DNA of 64,000 nt from Candidatus Hadarchaeota archaeon (GCA_964384105.1 CAYLJV010000003.1:64001-128000); one strand, 5' to 3'; positions 10,173-21,106 are shown, counted from the first letter of the stretch. The notes: a model not told the origin generated them from the sequence alone. A program made the numbers and translations.

Positions 10173-10721
10173 TTACCAGTTGTCGGAGTATACGACTGCG
10201 TGTGCGGCTATGTATTGGTTTTCTGGGTTGGTTCCTAGGCTTATTTCGTATATGTCGTAATCGGTTCCTTCGGAGAGTTCTTCATGTTTGTATGTGAATT
10301 GACCGGGTGCGGAAGTGTCTGGAATTTCTGTTCCCACGTACAGATGTGTTTCTGTCAGATAGAAATTCTCGTCTGGCCAAAACTCAACCAGTAGGGTGTT
10401 GTCTGCATCGTTGAATTCTATGAATAATTCTCCAACAGGTATGTGCCTGCCAGCGATTAAGGGAACTAATGTAGCTCCCTCTTCTGGATTGTATGGGAAG
10501 TACCCACCCCATCCTTTTCCAAAATTCTCCCATCCTGGTGGGTTTAATTCGGGCGTATCCACTGATCCTGCCCATGCCGTTTCGGTTCCACCCCAGGTTC
10601 CAACTCCAAAGAAGTTATTCTTGCCGATTTCTGTATCGTGGAAGTAAGCCATGCTGCTTGTACTGACTAGGAATATGGTTACTCCTAGGACCATCAAACC
10701 GACTATTGCTTTTGTTCTCAT
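10173..10721 (-). CDS. SipW-class signal peptide secreted protein (TasA/CalY-like N-terminus)
   Basis: Signal peptide followed by AYFHDTE...N.F..G. Confidence 0.7.
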   Translation of the reverse strand: MRTKAIVGLMVLGVTIFLVSTSSMAYFHDTEIGKNNFFGVGTWGGTETAWAGSVDTPELNPPGWENFGKGWGGYFPYNPEEGATLVPLIAGRHIPVGELFIEFNDADNTLLVEFWPDENFYLTETHLYVGTEIPDTSAPGQFTYKHEELSEGTDYDIYEISLGTNPENQYIAAHAVVYSDNW

Positions 10722-10864
10722 TTTTTCAACTCCTGTTTTTGAGGTATTTTTACCCCGCTCCTCTTGAGCGGCCTTATGATCATGATCCTTGATTTGCCCT
10801 TACCGGGCGCGATTAAAAATAAAAAATAAAGAAAGGAAATTATCGAGTGTTTCCCGTTGCTTTA

Positions 10865-12361
10865 CTACCAAGAAAGTCCACCAGGACCCACGCTGTTTTC
10901 TGTGATGTACTGGTTTTCGTACCAGTTTTCGGGGGTGCCGTATATGTAGAAGTTATCGAAGTATCCATATGGTCCGGTTATCGTTGTATCTTCATATGGT
11001 GGAATCCAATACGGATCTGGAACGACTAGTATAAAAGGTAGTTTCGTATCTACTGGTATTATCTCATCTGTGTTTTTTTGATTGCTTGTGCTTTCTATCT
11101 CCTGTGTGTTCTCTATATGGAACTCGGATCCTGCCGGTATTCCAGTATAAGGATCCTCCCAAGGATCATAGTTGGACATTATACCAGCGACATCGTAGAA
11201 GGTATCTCCATTATCTGCGGTGAAGCTCCTCGGCGGTGTTAGTGTATCTTTTGGATTGAGGTCTGGTCTGTCAAGACGGACAGTTATATTCACGTTTTCT
11301 GTCATATTTTTTTCTGGCCAGGAGTACTTGGCTGTGTCGAATAGTAAAACATCGAGGTCTTCTGAGCCTCTGTAAACTCCTTCCGGTGTTTCAGGTCCGA
11401 TTGCTGATGTCCCAATCCGATCTACAGTGTAAGTGTAGTCTCCGACCAACGGCCTCATGATATGAATATGATGATCTGCTCCAGAGTCGTATATTATAGC
11501 GTTGAAGTGCATCTCTAATCCTATTAGATTGTTGTCTTTATTGTACTCCTCTTTTACTCTGAATCTCATTCCAAAGTCATTGTAGTCGAAGTCTCCATTA
11601 TACCAATCTTCATATCCAATATAAGCAGTACCAGTTCCAGGATATCGTTCGATTTCAGGTATACACGGATTATCGTCTTGATGTCTTCTTTGATAAGCGT
11701 TGAATATTATGTCAAAGCTTAATTCATCTGATTGAATTTCATTTCCAACTTCTGTGCTAATCCACCATGATATACCTATGTAGTAGTTTTCACATCCTAT
11801 CAAAGGCTGTATTCCGTCGGATAAATCTAGATTTTGATCTAGTGAATATCTTAAAGGCATTTCGTTTGCTTTTCCACTGAATAGTATTCTTTCACTACTC
11901 TCATCAAATTCGTTGTTTCCATCGTTTTCTTGCCAAATTTGTATATTGAGGTTCTGTGCGAGCTCACCATCCCAGAGACCTTCTGTATTATCAACTAAAC
12001 CTTCTGGTTCGTTTATTCCCTTCTCACTAAAGGAAGTCGGAACTATCTCCATGCAGGCCCAGGCATCGTTCGTGTAGCTGTGAAGGCTTATTGTAGCCTC
12101 TCCGCTGTCACCTGGTTTAACATCCTCAAGATTGAATATTGGATCAGTTTCTCCTTCTCCATCGGCTAGATTGCTCATTGCTCTCTCTTCTATTATCTCT
12201 CCGTTGTAGTGTTCTACCCAGTCTACTTTAAGGTCGAGTGTTCCTGCTGTGAATGTGTTTCCTTCGCTGGATTCAGTATCGTGGAAGTAGGCAAGACTAC
12301 CAGCAGTAGCTCCTATCGCCACGATACCTATCAGCATTATTGAAAAAAGTGCTCGTCTCAT
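10865..12361 (-). CDS. TasA/CalY-family protein fused to an LruC/DUF4842-like C-terminal domain
   Basis: AYFHDTESSEGNTFTAGTLDLKV, DVKPGDSG, GNEIQSD; then GYEDWYNGDFDYNDF and LPFILVVP...WY. Confidence 0.75.
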   Translation of the reverse strand: MRRALFSIMLIGIVAIGATAGSLAYFHDTESSEGNTFTAGTLDLKVDWVEHYNGEIIEERAMSNLADGEGETDPIFNLEDVKPGDSGEATISLHSYTNDAWACMEIVPTSFSEKGINEPEGLVDNTEGLWDGELAQNLNIQIWQENDGNNEFDESSERILFSGKANEMPLRYSLDQNLDLSDGIQPLIGCENYYIGISWWISTEVGNEIQSDELSFDIIFNAYQRRHQDDNPCIPEIERYPGTGTAYIGYEDWYNGDFDYNDFGMRFRVKEEYNKDNNLIGLEMHFNAIIYDSGADHHIHIMRPLVGDYTYTVDRIGTSAIGPETPEGVYRGSEDLDVLLFDTAKYSWPEKNMTENVNITVRLDRPDLNPKDTLTPPRSFTADNGDTFYDVAGIMSNYDPWEDPYTGIPAGSEFHIENTQEIESTSNQKNTDEIIPVDTKLPFILVVPDPYWIPPYEDTTITGPYGYFDNFYIYGTPENWYENQYITENSVGPGGLSW

Positions 12362-12396
12362 TTTCTTTTAAACTGATTAGTTTACTGTTTTGATTT

Positions 12397-13110
12397 CTAG
12401 GCTTCACTGTATAGGTCTTCCTGATGTCTGTACTGGTCTGCTCCAAAGACAAGGTCGAAGCTGAGGTTGTCACCTTGTATTATGTTACCAACAGTTGTTG
12501 GAACTTCCCATTCTATAACGAGGTAGTAAGTTACGCAGTTTTCAAGCGGTTGCATACCATCGTTACTCTCTCCGTCTAGAGGGATTTTTCTCTCACTAAT
12601 GCCGAAATCATCATCATGATATATTGCTGCATCAGGAGCTGTTCCGTTTGGATAATCTCCTTTGTACCAACTAACCGTAACATTCATGTTCTGAGATAGT
12701 TCTCCTTCTCCGTCTGTCTCTCCTCCTTCGGCTTCAATCTCCGGTTCTGTGTCGGTTCCATCTGTTTCCTCAAGGTTTTCTATTGATATCCAACCCCAAG
12801 CAGGATTATCGTACACGTGCAAACTGATTATGGCTCTACCATTGTCACCAGGTTTGACGTCCGAGAAGTTAAATATCGGTTCAAGCGGATCGTCTGTTTC
12901 GTCAAATTTATTTGACCAGCTACCCTCGTAATTCGCTGATGAGTCTACCAGATCCACTTTAAGATCCAACTCTCCTGCAGTGAAAGTGTTCCCACTGCTT
13001 GTTTCAGTATCACTGAAATATGCCATAGTTCCAGCACCTGCTAGAAATAACGCAATTCCGATAACCATTACGCTTCCTAGGATTTTTGAATTAATCATAT
13101 AATTTTTCAC
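12397..13110 (-). CDS. TasA/CalY (camelysin-like) SipW-dependent secreted protein
   Basis: GAGTMAYFSDTETSSGNTFTAGELDL, DVKPGDNG, GNIIQGD. Confidence 0.85.
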   Translation of the reverse strand: MKNYMINSKILGSVMVIGIALFLAGAGTMAYFSDTETSSGNTFTAGELDLKVDLVDSSANYEGSWSNKFDETDDPLEPIFNFSDVKPGDNGRAIISLHVYDNPAWGWISIENLEETDGTDTEPEIEAEGGETDGEGELSQNMNVTVSWYKGDYPNGTAPDAAIYHDDDFGISERKIPLDGESNDGMQPLENCVTYYLVIEWEVPTTVGNIIQGDNLSFDLVFGADQYRHQEDLYSEA

Positions 13111-13300
13111 CTCCCCTTATTTTTTAGGGAATTTATATGCCGCCCCCTTGAGCGGTCTTTTAGGATGATATGATTCAAAGTGAAAAATTTCGGGTTTGCA
13201 AAGAATTTCCCGACTCTTTCAAATAACAATGGATGCATCTCCCTCCTCAGTCCAAAAAATACGTCCTCATTTTGTTTTAAAAACTAGTAAGAAAGAGTCC

Positions 13301-13348
13301 TCAGAAGGATGTTCAGAAGAAACTTCAGAAGAATGTTCAGCAGATTCT
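13301..13348. repeat. 4 x 12-bp imperfect tandem repeat
   Basis: TCAGAAGGATGT TCAGAAGAAACT TCAGAAGAATGT TCAGCAGATTCT, in the divergent intergenic region. Confidence 0.8.
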
Positions 13349-13387
13349 TTATTAGTGATTTAATAATCATAAAGCTCATTTCTTCTT

Positions 13388-13642
13388 TTGGAATTACCAA
13401 GTGGAGATTGGATGGGCGAAATAAAGAAATTTGAAAAGCCCGATGAAATACTTCTATATTTGAAGAATGAAAGGGCAAAGAGTGTCCAAGAAATTTCAAA
13501 ATATACGGGATTGGAGGAAAGAGAAATCAGAAAGATCCTTTCTATCCTCAAAAAGATGGGTCTGCTGAAAGAGTCAAAAAACCTGACACCTCTTGGATCG
13601 AGATTGCTGGGTCTTCAGAACCAAACTGGAGAAGAAGGATAG
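13388..13642 (+). CDS. small winged-helix DNA-binding protein
   Basis: EILLYL...SVQEISKYTGLEEREIRKILSILKKMGLL...LTPLG. Confidence 0.75.
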   Translation: MELPSGDWMGEIKKFEKPDEILLYLKNERAKSVQEISKYTGLEEREIRKILSILKKMGLLKESKNLTPLGSRLLGLQNQTGEEG

Positions 13643-13716
13643 TTACAAACTCTTTTAATAAAACAACGAGAACTTATTTCTTCAAATGACAGAAGCGAAT
13701 TTTAGGAGGTGTAAGA

Positions 13717-13890
13717 TTGGAAGACTTATTGAAGAGTAATGTAGGTATGAACAAGAGAGCACTTAAGGAGATGCTTGAGGATGAGGAGCTCCTTGATTTA
13801 CAGATCGAACTTCTAGACAAGCTGGTAAAAGGACTGGAAGAGAAAGGATATTCAACTGATCAGGCTATTGCTTTAGTTGGGTCCGCTTGA
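13717..13890 (+). CDS. 57-aa hypothetical helical protein (not in ORF track)
   Basis: AGGAGGTG RBS then TTG start: (M)EDLLKSNVGMNKRALKEMLEDEELLDLQIELLDKLVKGLEEKGYSTDQAIALVGSA*. Confidence 0.6.
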   Translation: MEDLLKSNVGMNKRALKEMLEDEELLDLQIELLDKLVKGLEEKGYSTDQAIALVGSA

Positions 13891-13976
13891 TCCGAAAGCT
13901 ACAGGTATTGAAATCTCCAAACTTTTAGAGGATTTTATTCAGTACCCCCAAGAGCGGGCTTCAGTGATGGGTTCTT

Positions 13977-14972
13977 CTATATTTTTAGTACGGCCGCACC
14001 ATCTATTTCCGCGTCCTTGACCAACTGGAGCGCTTTATTGGCTTCTTCAAGTGAAAATACTTCGACCTCTGTCTTGATAGGTATACCACCGGCGATCTTA
14101 AGGAATTCTCTAGCATCCCTTCTAGTTACGTTAGCCACGCTTTTCACGTTCTTTTCGTGATAGAGAAGTTCGTAGTCCAGTTTGGGTATAGGACTCATGT
14201 GGATGGCATTGATTGCCAGAGTACCACCTTTTTCTAGAACTCTCAGTGCTTCCTTTACTATCCAACCAGCTGGAGCGAAGGTGATTACACGGTCTATCTT
14301 GGCTGGTGGGTCGTCCTTTGCGCTTCCCTCCCATACGGAACCTAACTCCCTGGCGAGCTCTCTGTGTCCTTCGCTTCTTGTGAAAACGTAAACATCACAT
14401 CCGAGGACCGTGGCTATCTGGATGACTATGTGAGCCGAGGCTCCAAATCCAAACAGACCCAATTTCTCCCCCGGTTTTACCTCACTCAATCGGAATGAGC
14501 GGTAACCGATAACCCCTGCACACATTAGCGGAGCCGCATTCTCATCAGGGAAATTTTCTGGAATTGGATATGAGAAGTCCTCCTCAGCTATCATATACTC
14601 TGCGTAACCGCCGTCAGTATGTAATCCAGTGAACTTCGGATTTTCGCAGAGGTTCTCCATTCCTCGTTTACAGAATTTGCATTCTCCACAGGATGAATAG
14701 AGCCATGGAACTCCTACTCTATCTCCCTTTTTGAACTGTGTCACATCGTCCCCGACACCTTCTACTGTTCCTATTACTTCGTGACCCGGAACTAAGGGGA
14801 GTTTTGGCAGTGAGAGCTCACCTTCCACCGTGTGGAGATCGGTGTGACAGACTCCACAGGCTTTCACTTTTAACTTTATTTCCTTTGACTGTGGCACTGG
14901 TTCGTTCAGCTCTACAAGCTCTAAGGGTGACTCCTCTGCAGGCTTGGGTTTTTTCAACTGCATGGCTTTCAT
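13977..14972 (-). CDS. zinc-dependent alcohol dehydrogenase (AdhP-like)
   Basis: CGVCHTD, GHEVIG, CGECKFC...C, APLMCAG. Confidence 0.93.
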   Translation of the reverse strand: MKAMQLKKPKPAEESPLELVELNEPVPQSKEIKLKVKACGVCHTDLHTVEGELSLPKLPLVPGHEVIGTVEGVGDDVTQFKKGDRVGVPWLYSSCGECKFCKRGMENLCENPKFTGLHTDGGYAEYMIAEEDFSYPIPENFPDENAAPLMCAGVIGYRSFRLSEVKPGEKLGLFGFGASAHIVIQIATVLGCDVYVFTRSEGHRELARELGSVWEGSAKDDPPAKIDRVITFAPAGWIVKEALRVLEKGGTLAINAIHMSPIPKLDYELLYHEKNVKSVANVTRRDAREFLKIAGGIPIKTEVEVFSLEEANKALQLVKDAEIDGAAVLKI

Positions 14973-15188
14973 AAATATCCCCTAAATAGACTTTACAATA
15001 ATTTCCATTATTTCTTGGTGAATCTTACCATTTTTTTCTATTCATATAGTCTGTCTTCGATAAAATTTAGTCTTTGAGTTCGGATTCGAGTCGTCCTCAG
15101 CAATCTTTAAATCCAAGTTATTCTCTTTCATTGACTGGGTTTTCTATCCGGAAATAGATAAATACGATTTCGGTGGAGAGGGATAAAA

Positions 15189-17474
15189 TTGAGCGATGTT
15201 GAAAAAGGGGGGTTAAAGCTTACAGTGGCAGAGGCTAGAAGCCAGCAGGACGTGGGACGAAGTGTAGCTAGGATCAGCAGAGGTGCTATGGAAGAACTGG
15301 GGGTAAAGCAGGGAGACGTTATAGAGATAGAGGGAACGAAGAAAACCGGGGCGATAGTGAGATCAAGTTATGGTGAAGATGAGGGCCTCGAAATAGTAAG
15401 ATTGGATGGTCTTTTACGCAGAAACGCTGGCACGTCTATTGGTGAAAAAGTTAAAATTAAGGTCTCTGACGCTCAGGAGGCCGAGAGGATAACTTTGGCT
15501 CCGGCTGAACAGAACATTCAGATTTTGGGTGGGGGTGAGGCCCTCAAGAGGAGCATACTCGGTAGGCCTGCCACCAAGGGTGACCTGATTTCTCCGGTTA
15601 GCTTACAGGATGATGTTTTCTCTCATATACTGGGTGGTATATTTCAGGAGATGACATCCTCGACCTTTGGTCTAGGCGAGATAAGATTCCTAGTTACTTC
15701 GACTTCTCCCGGTGGGATTGTTTTGGTTACGACCCGGACAGAGGTAAGCCTCTCCTCAAGACCTGCGGAGGTGGAGGAGGTTGCGGCTCCCACAGTTACT
15801 TACGAAGATATAGGAGGTCTTGAGAAGGAGATTCCAAGGATCAGAGAGATGGTCGAACTGCCTCTCAGACACCCCGAACTCTTCGACAGGCTAGGAATAG
15901 AGCCTCCAAAAGGAGTTCTACTCCACGGACCACCCGGAACGGGTAAAACACTTATAGCCAAGGCTGTTGCCAACGAGTCAGACGCATACTTCCAATCAAT
16001 AGCTGGTCCTGAGGTAATGTCCAAGTATTACGGGGAGTCAGAAAAGAGGTTGAGGGATGTATTTGATGAGGCAAAGAAGAACGCTCCTGCGATAATATTT
16101 CTCGATGAGATAGATTCAATAGCTCCTAAGCGGGAGGAGGTCACTGGAGATGTTGAGAAACGTGTCGTTTCGCAATTACTGTCTTTGATGGATGGTCTAG
16201 AAGCCAGAGGAAAGGTAATAGTTATAGCAGCTACCAACCGTGTTGATTCTCTCGATCCTGCTCTTAGACGTCCCGGAAGATTTGATAGGGAAATTGAAAT
16301 AGGCGTTCCTAACAGGGATGGGAGAATGGAGATTCTTCAGATACATACTCGTGGCATGCCTCTGGCTGAGGACGTTGATTTAGACAAACTTGCCGATGAT
16401 ACTCATGCTTATGTTGGAGCCGATCTCGCTGCACTTGCCAGAGAGGCGGCTATGAACGCACTCAGGGATATTCTCCCTAAAATCGATTTGGAGGCCAAGG
16501 AAATATCTCCAGAGATTCTAGAGAATTTGAGAGTTACTGAAAGGAATTTCCGCGAAGCCATGCAACAGGTAGAACCCTCGGCGATGAGAGAGGTTCTGAT
16601 ACAAGTTCCAGACACTCACTGGGGTGATGTTGGTGGTTTAGAAGAAGTGAAGCAGAATCTCCGGGAGGCAGTTGAATGGCCGTTAAATAATCCCCAAATT
16701 TTCAAGAGAATGGGTATACAGGCCCCTCGTGGCATACTTCTCTACGGACCTCCTGGAACGGGTAAGACAATGTTGGCTCGTGCGGTGACCACGGAGAGTA
16801 ATGCAAACTTCATCTCAATAAAAGGACCCGAGTTACTATCCAAGTGGGTCGGTGAATCCGAGAAGGGAGTCAGAGAAACATTCAAAAAGGCAAGACAGGT
16901 GGCGCCCACAGTAATATTCTTCGACGAAATAGACGCGATGGTTCCTCATCGTGGAGCTGGAGAGTCCGATTCGAGAGTTGGTGGGAGAGTGATCAGTCAA
17001 CTTCTTACGGAGATAGATGGATTAGAGATGCTCGAAAACGTCGTTGTCATAGGGGCTACTAACAGACCGGACTTGATAGACCCAGCTCTGATGAGACCTG
17101 GTCGTTTCGATAGAGTTATTCTAGTTCCTGCTCCTGACAAAGATGCTCGGCTTAAAATATTTCAGATTCATACCAAAGACATGCCACTTGCCAAGGATGT
17201 GGATCTAGAGGATTTGGTTAAACAGACAGAAGGATATACAGGTGCAGATATAGCAGCCGTATGTAAGGAGGCAGCTATGCTTGCTCTGAGGGAGAACTTG
17301 GAATCACAGAAGGTCAAGAAGAGACATTTTGAAAGTGCTCTTAATTCCGTTGGGTCATCGGTTACTGAGGAAATTGAGCAGGGTTATCGAGATTTCAGGA
17401 AGAATCAAAGGAAAAGAATCGGAGATAGAGTTCGATCGAAATTGATACCGGGTGAGTTTGGTACTTATTACTAA
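15189..17474 (+). CDS. cdc48: CDC48/VCP (VAT) AAA+ ATPase
   Basis: N-domain, two GPPGTGKT Walker A motifs and RPGRFDR motifs; C-terminal ...TYY. Confidence 0.96.
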   Translation: MSDVEKGGLKLTVAEARSQQDVGRSVARISRGAMEELGVKQGDVIEIEGTKKTGAIVRSSYGEDEGLEIVRLDGLLRRNAGTSIGEKVKIKVSDAQEAERITLAPAEQNIQILGGGEALKRSILGRPATKGDLISPVSLQDDVFSHILGGIFQEMTSSTFGLGEIRFLVTSTSPGGIVLVTTRTEVSLSSRPAEVEEVAAPTVTYEDIGGLEKEIPRIREMVELPLRHPELFDRLGIEPPKGVLLHGPPGTGKTLIAKAVANESDAYFQSIAGPEVMSKYYGESEKRLRDVFDEAKKNAPAIIFLDEIDSIAPKREEVTGDVEKRVVSQLLSLMDGLEARGKVIVIAATNRVDSLDPALRRPGRFDREIEIGVPNRDGRMEILQIHTRGMPLAEDVDLDKLADDTHAYVGADLAALAREAAMNALRDILPKIDLEAKEISPEILENLRVTERNFREAMQQVEPSAMREVLIQVPDTHWGDVGGLEEVKQNLREAVEWPLNNPQIFKRMGIQAPRGILLYGPPGTGKTMLARAVTTESNANFISIKGPELLSKWVGESEKGVRETFKKARQVAPTVIFFDEIDAMVPHRGAGESDSRVGGRVISQLLTEIDGLEMLENVVVIGATNRPDLIDPALMRPGRFDRVILVPAPDKDARLKIFQIHTKDMPLAKDVDLEDLVKQTEGYTGADIAAVCKEAAMLALRENLESQKVKKRHFESALNSVGSSVTEEIEQGYRDFRKNQRKRIGDRVRSKLIPGEFGTYY

Positions 17475-17489
17475 AATCTAACAGTTGGT

Positions 17490-18443
17490 CTATAATTTTT
17501 TATTTTCAATATCGATATTCAGTTCTCTGATTAACTCTTTGTATCGATGCCTAAGTGTGACTTGCGTAACTTCTGCTATCTCGGATATTGCCCTTTGGGT
17601 CTTTTTTTCTCCCGATAAAAGACTCGCGATGTAGACCGCAGCTGCAGCTGTTCCTTTTGCGCCTTTTCCGGAAATTAGGCCTTTCTTCTGAGCTTTTCTG
17701 ATTATATCTATAGCTTTCGCTTGAGTTTCTCCGGAAATTTTGAGATCGCTTCCGAACCGAGCTATGTATTTTGTAGGGTCTATTGGGGGAAGATGAATAT
17801 TCAGTTCTCTGGAGATAAATCTATAATTTTTTGAAATCTTTTTTTTGCTAACTTTACTCACTTTGGATATTTCTTCCAAGCTTCTGGGGATGCCGGCTTC
17901 TCTACTGGCTGCATATATGGTTGCCGAAGTGACTGCTTCGGTTGATCTTCCTCTGATCAGATTCTTTTCTGCCGCTTTTCTGTACATTATTGATGCTATT
18001 TCTTGTACATTGCGCGGGAGACCAAGCTGGGAGGCCATACGACTAATTTCTGAAAGGGCATAGGCTAGACTTCTCTCACGTGCGCCTGAAACTTTAATTC
18101 GCTTTTGCCATTTTCTTAAACGATGGACTTTCGCTTTCTGTCTAGGAGAAAGACTTTTTCCGAGACTATCCTTATCCATCCAATCAATATCAGTGGGTAA
18201 TCCCTTGTTGTGTATTCTGTATGTTATTGGAGATCCGATCCTGCTCAGGTCTTCTCCTTCTTGGTTAAAAGTCTGCCATTCACCTTCATTTTCCTTCATA
18301 TCTTCTATGATTCTACCGCATTTTCTACAGATTACTATGTCTTCTTGATAGTCTTTTACAACAGACGTACTACCACAAGATGGGCATTTTATATCTAAGT
18401 CTATTCTATATTTTGAAGAAGATTTCTTCTTTTGGGACATCAA
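17490..18443 (-). CDS. tfb: transcription initiation factor IIB (TFB) paralog
   Basis: CPSCG/CRKCG Zn ribbon, RLRKWQ, LIRGRS, two cyclin folds, terminal HTH. Confidence 0.93.
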   Translation of the reverse strand: MMSQKKKSSSKYRIDLDIKCPSCGSTSVVKDYQEDIVICRKCGRIIEDMKENEGEWQTFNQEGEDLSRIGSPITYRIHNKGLPTDIDWMDKDSLGKSLSPRQKAKVHRLRKWQKRIKVSGARERSLAYALSEISRMASQLGLPRNVQEIASIMYRKAAEKNLIRGRSTEAVTSATIYAASREAGIPRSLEEISKVSKVSKKKISKNYRFISRELNIHLPPIDPTKYIARFGSDLKISGETQAKAIDIIRKAQKKGLISGKGAKGTAAAAVYIASLLSGEKKTQRAISEIAEVTQVTLRHRYKELIRELNIDIENKKL

Positions 18444-18692
18444 AATAATTGTTTCCCGGGAATAGAATATTAAATTGAGGTTTATGGGAATTTATTAATA
18501 AATAGGGTTATCAATTAATTTTCTCTCATAAAAATCTTTTATACCTTTCTTTAGTGATTCTAAGTCTATTAAATCATTTTATCGGTTTTTAAGACCTTAA
18601 TAGTCTTTAATATTTGTTTTCTAATATTTTTTCTTACCATTGGTACGGAACATTTGTTAAAAAGCTTTTTTTGTTTGTTTTACCCTTATTAG

Positions 18693-19490
18693 ATGGAGAT
18701 TTGCTTTTCCGTAGGGGGTTACTGGATGTCAGGGAAAATCCGTTCTAGAGAAAGTAAAGGAGAATCTGACTTTAAAAGTGAGAATTATGGTGCAGCTTTT
18801 GATTTTAGAGATAGCAAGATTCTAGATAAGTATAGTTTCCAAGCTTCGATAGGTCTGAATCTAAGAGAGAAAATGGAGGAACTTCGCAACTGTCTTGAGT
18901 CTTTGAAAGGTTTGGATATTTCAGATGAAGGAGGGGAATTTCTGAATCGGGCTATAGAAAGTACTCTGGAAGAAGTGGAGCTTGTTGAGTACATTCATGA
19001 GCGGGATGTTCAGGAGGAGTCCAAGGTGGGAATGGACGTTTTGAGTACTTTTTTGGAATATGCATGGTCGGAGACTCAACTTGCCATATCGAAGCTCTGG
19101 AGAGCGTATAAAAAATGGGGAGATCAGAATGAGATTTTCTTTGATCTGGCTAAGAAATCTGCAGAGCACAAATCATTGTTAGAACTGATTAAATCAAATC
19201 TGGACGAAGGTCGTATGAAATATTACCCTGGATATAATGAGGAAAAAAATTTTGATTGGAAGGAAAACTCTAATGAGGAAATTTTAATGGATCTTATGAA
19301 AGAAGAAAATTTACTATTGGATTTGTACAAGAGGTTAGGTTCCTTATTGGATAGAGATGATATCCGGGGAAGTTGTAGAGGGGAGAAATGGATAGAGTAT
19401 TTCGAAATTTTCGGAAAATTGGTTCGAGAAGTGGAAGAAAATATAGATAAGTTGGAAAGAGTGAGAAGATCTATTCTTTTTAGCCGATGA
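18693..19490 (+). CDS. hypothetical protein: degenerate HisKA-like helical hairpin plus ferritin-like domain
   Basis: LNLREKMEELRNCLESLK...FLNRA aligns by eye to local HDVRNKMQ... helices; E..H and E...Y ferritin-like spacing downstream. Confidence 0.5.
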   Translation: MEICFSVGGYWMSGKIRSRESKGESDFKSENYGAAFDFRDSKILDKYSFQASIGLNLREKMEELRNCLESLKGLDISDEGGEFLNRAIESTLEEVELVEYIHERDVQEESKVGMDVLSTFLEYAWSETQLAISKLWRAYKKWGDQNEIFFDLAKKSAEHKSLLELIKSNLDEGRMKYYPGYNEEKNFDWKENSNEEILMDLMKEENLLLDLYKRLGSLLDRDDIRGSCRGEKWIEYFEIFGKLVREVEENIDKLERVRRSILFSR

Positions 19491-19552
19491 ATAGTTTGGA
19501 ATCTATTTTTTGGCATCAATTATTACTTTTTTAAGTCATATTCTTTTGTCAG

Positions 19553-21106
19553 TTGACTTTTGATTCTACCAACAATCGAAAAGGGTTTATAATTGATACT
19601 TTAAGCTTTTATCAGAGTTTCATGGAGACTCGAAAAGTTGTTTTAACTGCAGATCGTTCTTTGATGAGCAATTTTAGAGGTAACTATATCCTTGGTTTCC
19701 TCTCGTGTGCACCTTCCAGCGTGGTTCCAGGATTCGTTTATAATCGAATATTTGCACCCCCCATAGAGGCTAATCCAGATGGTTCGGCAAGGGCTGCCCC
19801 TATGGGTCTTAGACGTTTGGAAAGCGCTCTTTTACAGGACAGTCGATACGTTGAAGGTGAGGTTCTAGTGGCTCATCCCCACTGTATAAGGGAAGTTATC
19901 GGGGAAGATACTGAAATTATTGGAGTTAGTGTAATGGATCCATTGGGGAAAGGCCCAGTTACGTCGTCTTTTACACACAATACTGAACACACACCGATGA
20001 ATGCCGTGGAATTCCAGTCGCTCACGAATGACATAAATGAGCTTGTTTCTGATGCTAGGGTGGTTGTAGGTGGAGGAGGGGCTTGGCAGCTTGAGAACAG
20101 AATGGAAGAGTTTGACATCGATTACTTGGTCCTTGGAGAGGTGGGTCATAATGCTCCTGATGTATTTGAGAGTATAGTCTCGGGTTCTGCCGATCCGGTT
20201 ATATTTTCTGGGAGTCCCAAAAGTATGGACGAAGTTCCCGAGATTAAAGGACCTACTATAAATTCCGTTTTAGAGGCGATGAGAGGATGTGGTCGTGGTT
20301 GTAGTTTTTGTGGGCCAAATAATAGACGTAAGATATATGCTGATGTTGATCGCCTTAAGCGGGAGGCGGAAGTAAATTCTAGAGAATTTCGTCACATCTG
20401 GTTACATAGCGAGGATATCCTTCTTTATAAACATAGTAGTAATTTTGTACCCAATCGAGAAGAAATCCGAAATCTATACGAGTCTATATTGAACGTTGAA
20501 GGAATTGAGATGGTGGGTACTACTCACATTAATCTCGCTGGTGTGGTGTCTGCTCCTGAAGTCATTGGTGATATTTCTAAACTTAATGGACTTTCTACCG
20601 ATAGATGGACGGGGATTCAACCGGGTCTAGAGACAGGAAGCCCTCGACTTATCGATAAACATATGCGGGGTAAAGCACTTCCTTTCGAACCGGAAGATTG
20701 GCCAAATATTGTTGAGGAAGGTATTCGAATATTGAATGATAATTACATCTATCCTGCCTGTACTCTGGTTATCGGATTGCCGGGGGAGACAGAGGAGGAT
20801 GTGGATCTGACCATAGAGCTGATCGAGAATCTTTCTGATACACATAGCATCTTTGCTCCGCTCATGTATATGGATTACAGAGGGGAAGCAACAGTTGCGG
20901 CTTATGACATGTCTCCTAAGCAATTGGAGTTATTTTACAAATGTTGGAGACATAATGTTGATGAAATTCAGGGAAAGGTTTGGAGGGCGACGAAGGGATG
21001 GAATCCTATCTCCCGTATAGTTTCGAAGTTAGTGGTCTGGTTGGGTGGAAAAACTATTTTACATAAACTCGATCGGATGAAGATCGAGAGTGGTCTAGAG
21101 CAATAG
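19553..21106 (+). CDS. radical SAM protein (B12-binding-like N-terminal domain)
   Basis: RGCGRGCSFC (CxxxCxxC), GLETGS, IGLPGET; start probably near METRK. Confidence 0.88.
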   Translation: MTFDSTNNRKGFIIDTLSFYQSFMETRKVVLTADRSLMSNFRGNYILGFLSCAPSSVVPGFVYNRIFAPPIEANPDGSARAAPMGLRRLESALLQDSRYVEGEVLVAHPHCIREVIGEDTEIIGVSVMDPLGKGPVTSSFTHNTEHTPMNAVEFQSLTNDINELVSDARVVVGGGGAWQLENRMEEFDIDYLVLGEVGHNAPDVFESIVSGSADPVIFSGSPKSMDEVPEIKGPTINSVLEAMRGCGRGCSFCGPNNRRKIYADVDRLKREAEVNSREFRHIWLHSEDILLYKHSSNFVPNREEIRNLYESILNVEGIEMVGTTHINLAGVVSAPEVIGDISKLNGLSTDRWTGIQPGLETGSPRLIDKHMRGKALPFEPEDWPNIVEEGIRILNDNYIYPACTLVIGLPGETEEDVDLTIELIENLSDTHSIFAPLMYMDYRGEATVAAYDMSPKQLELFYKCWRHNVDEIQGKVWRATKGWNPISRIVSKLVVWLGGKTILHKLDRMKIESGLEQ

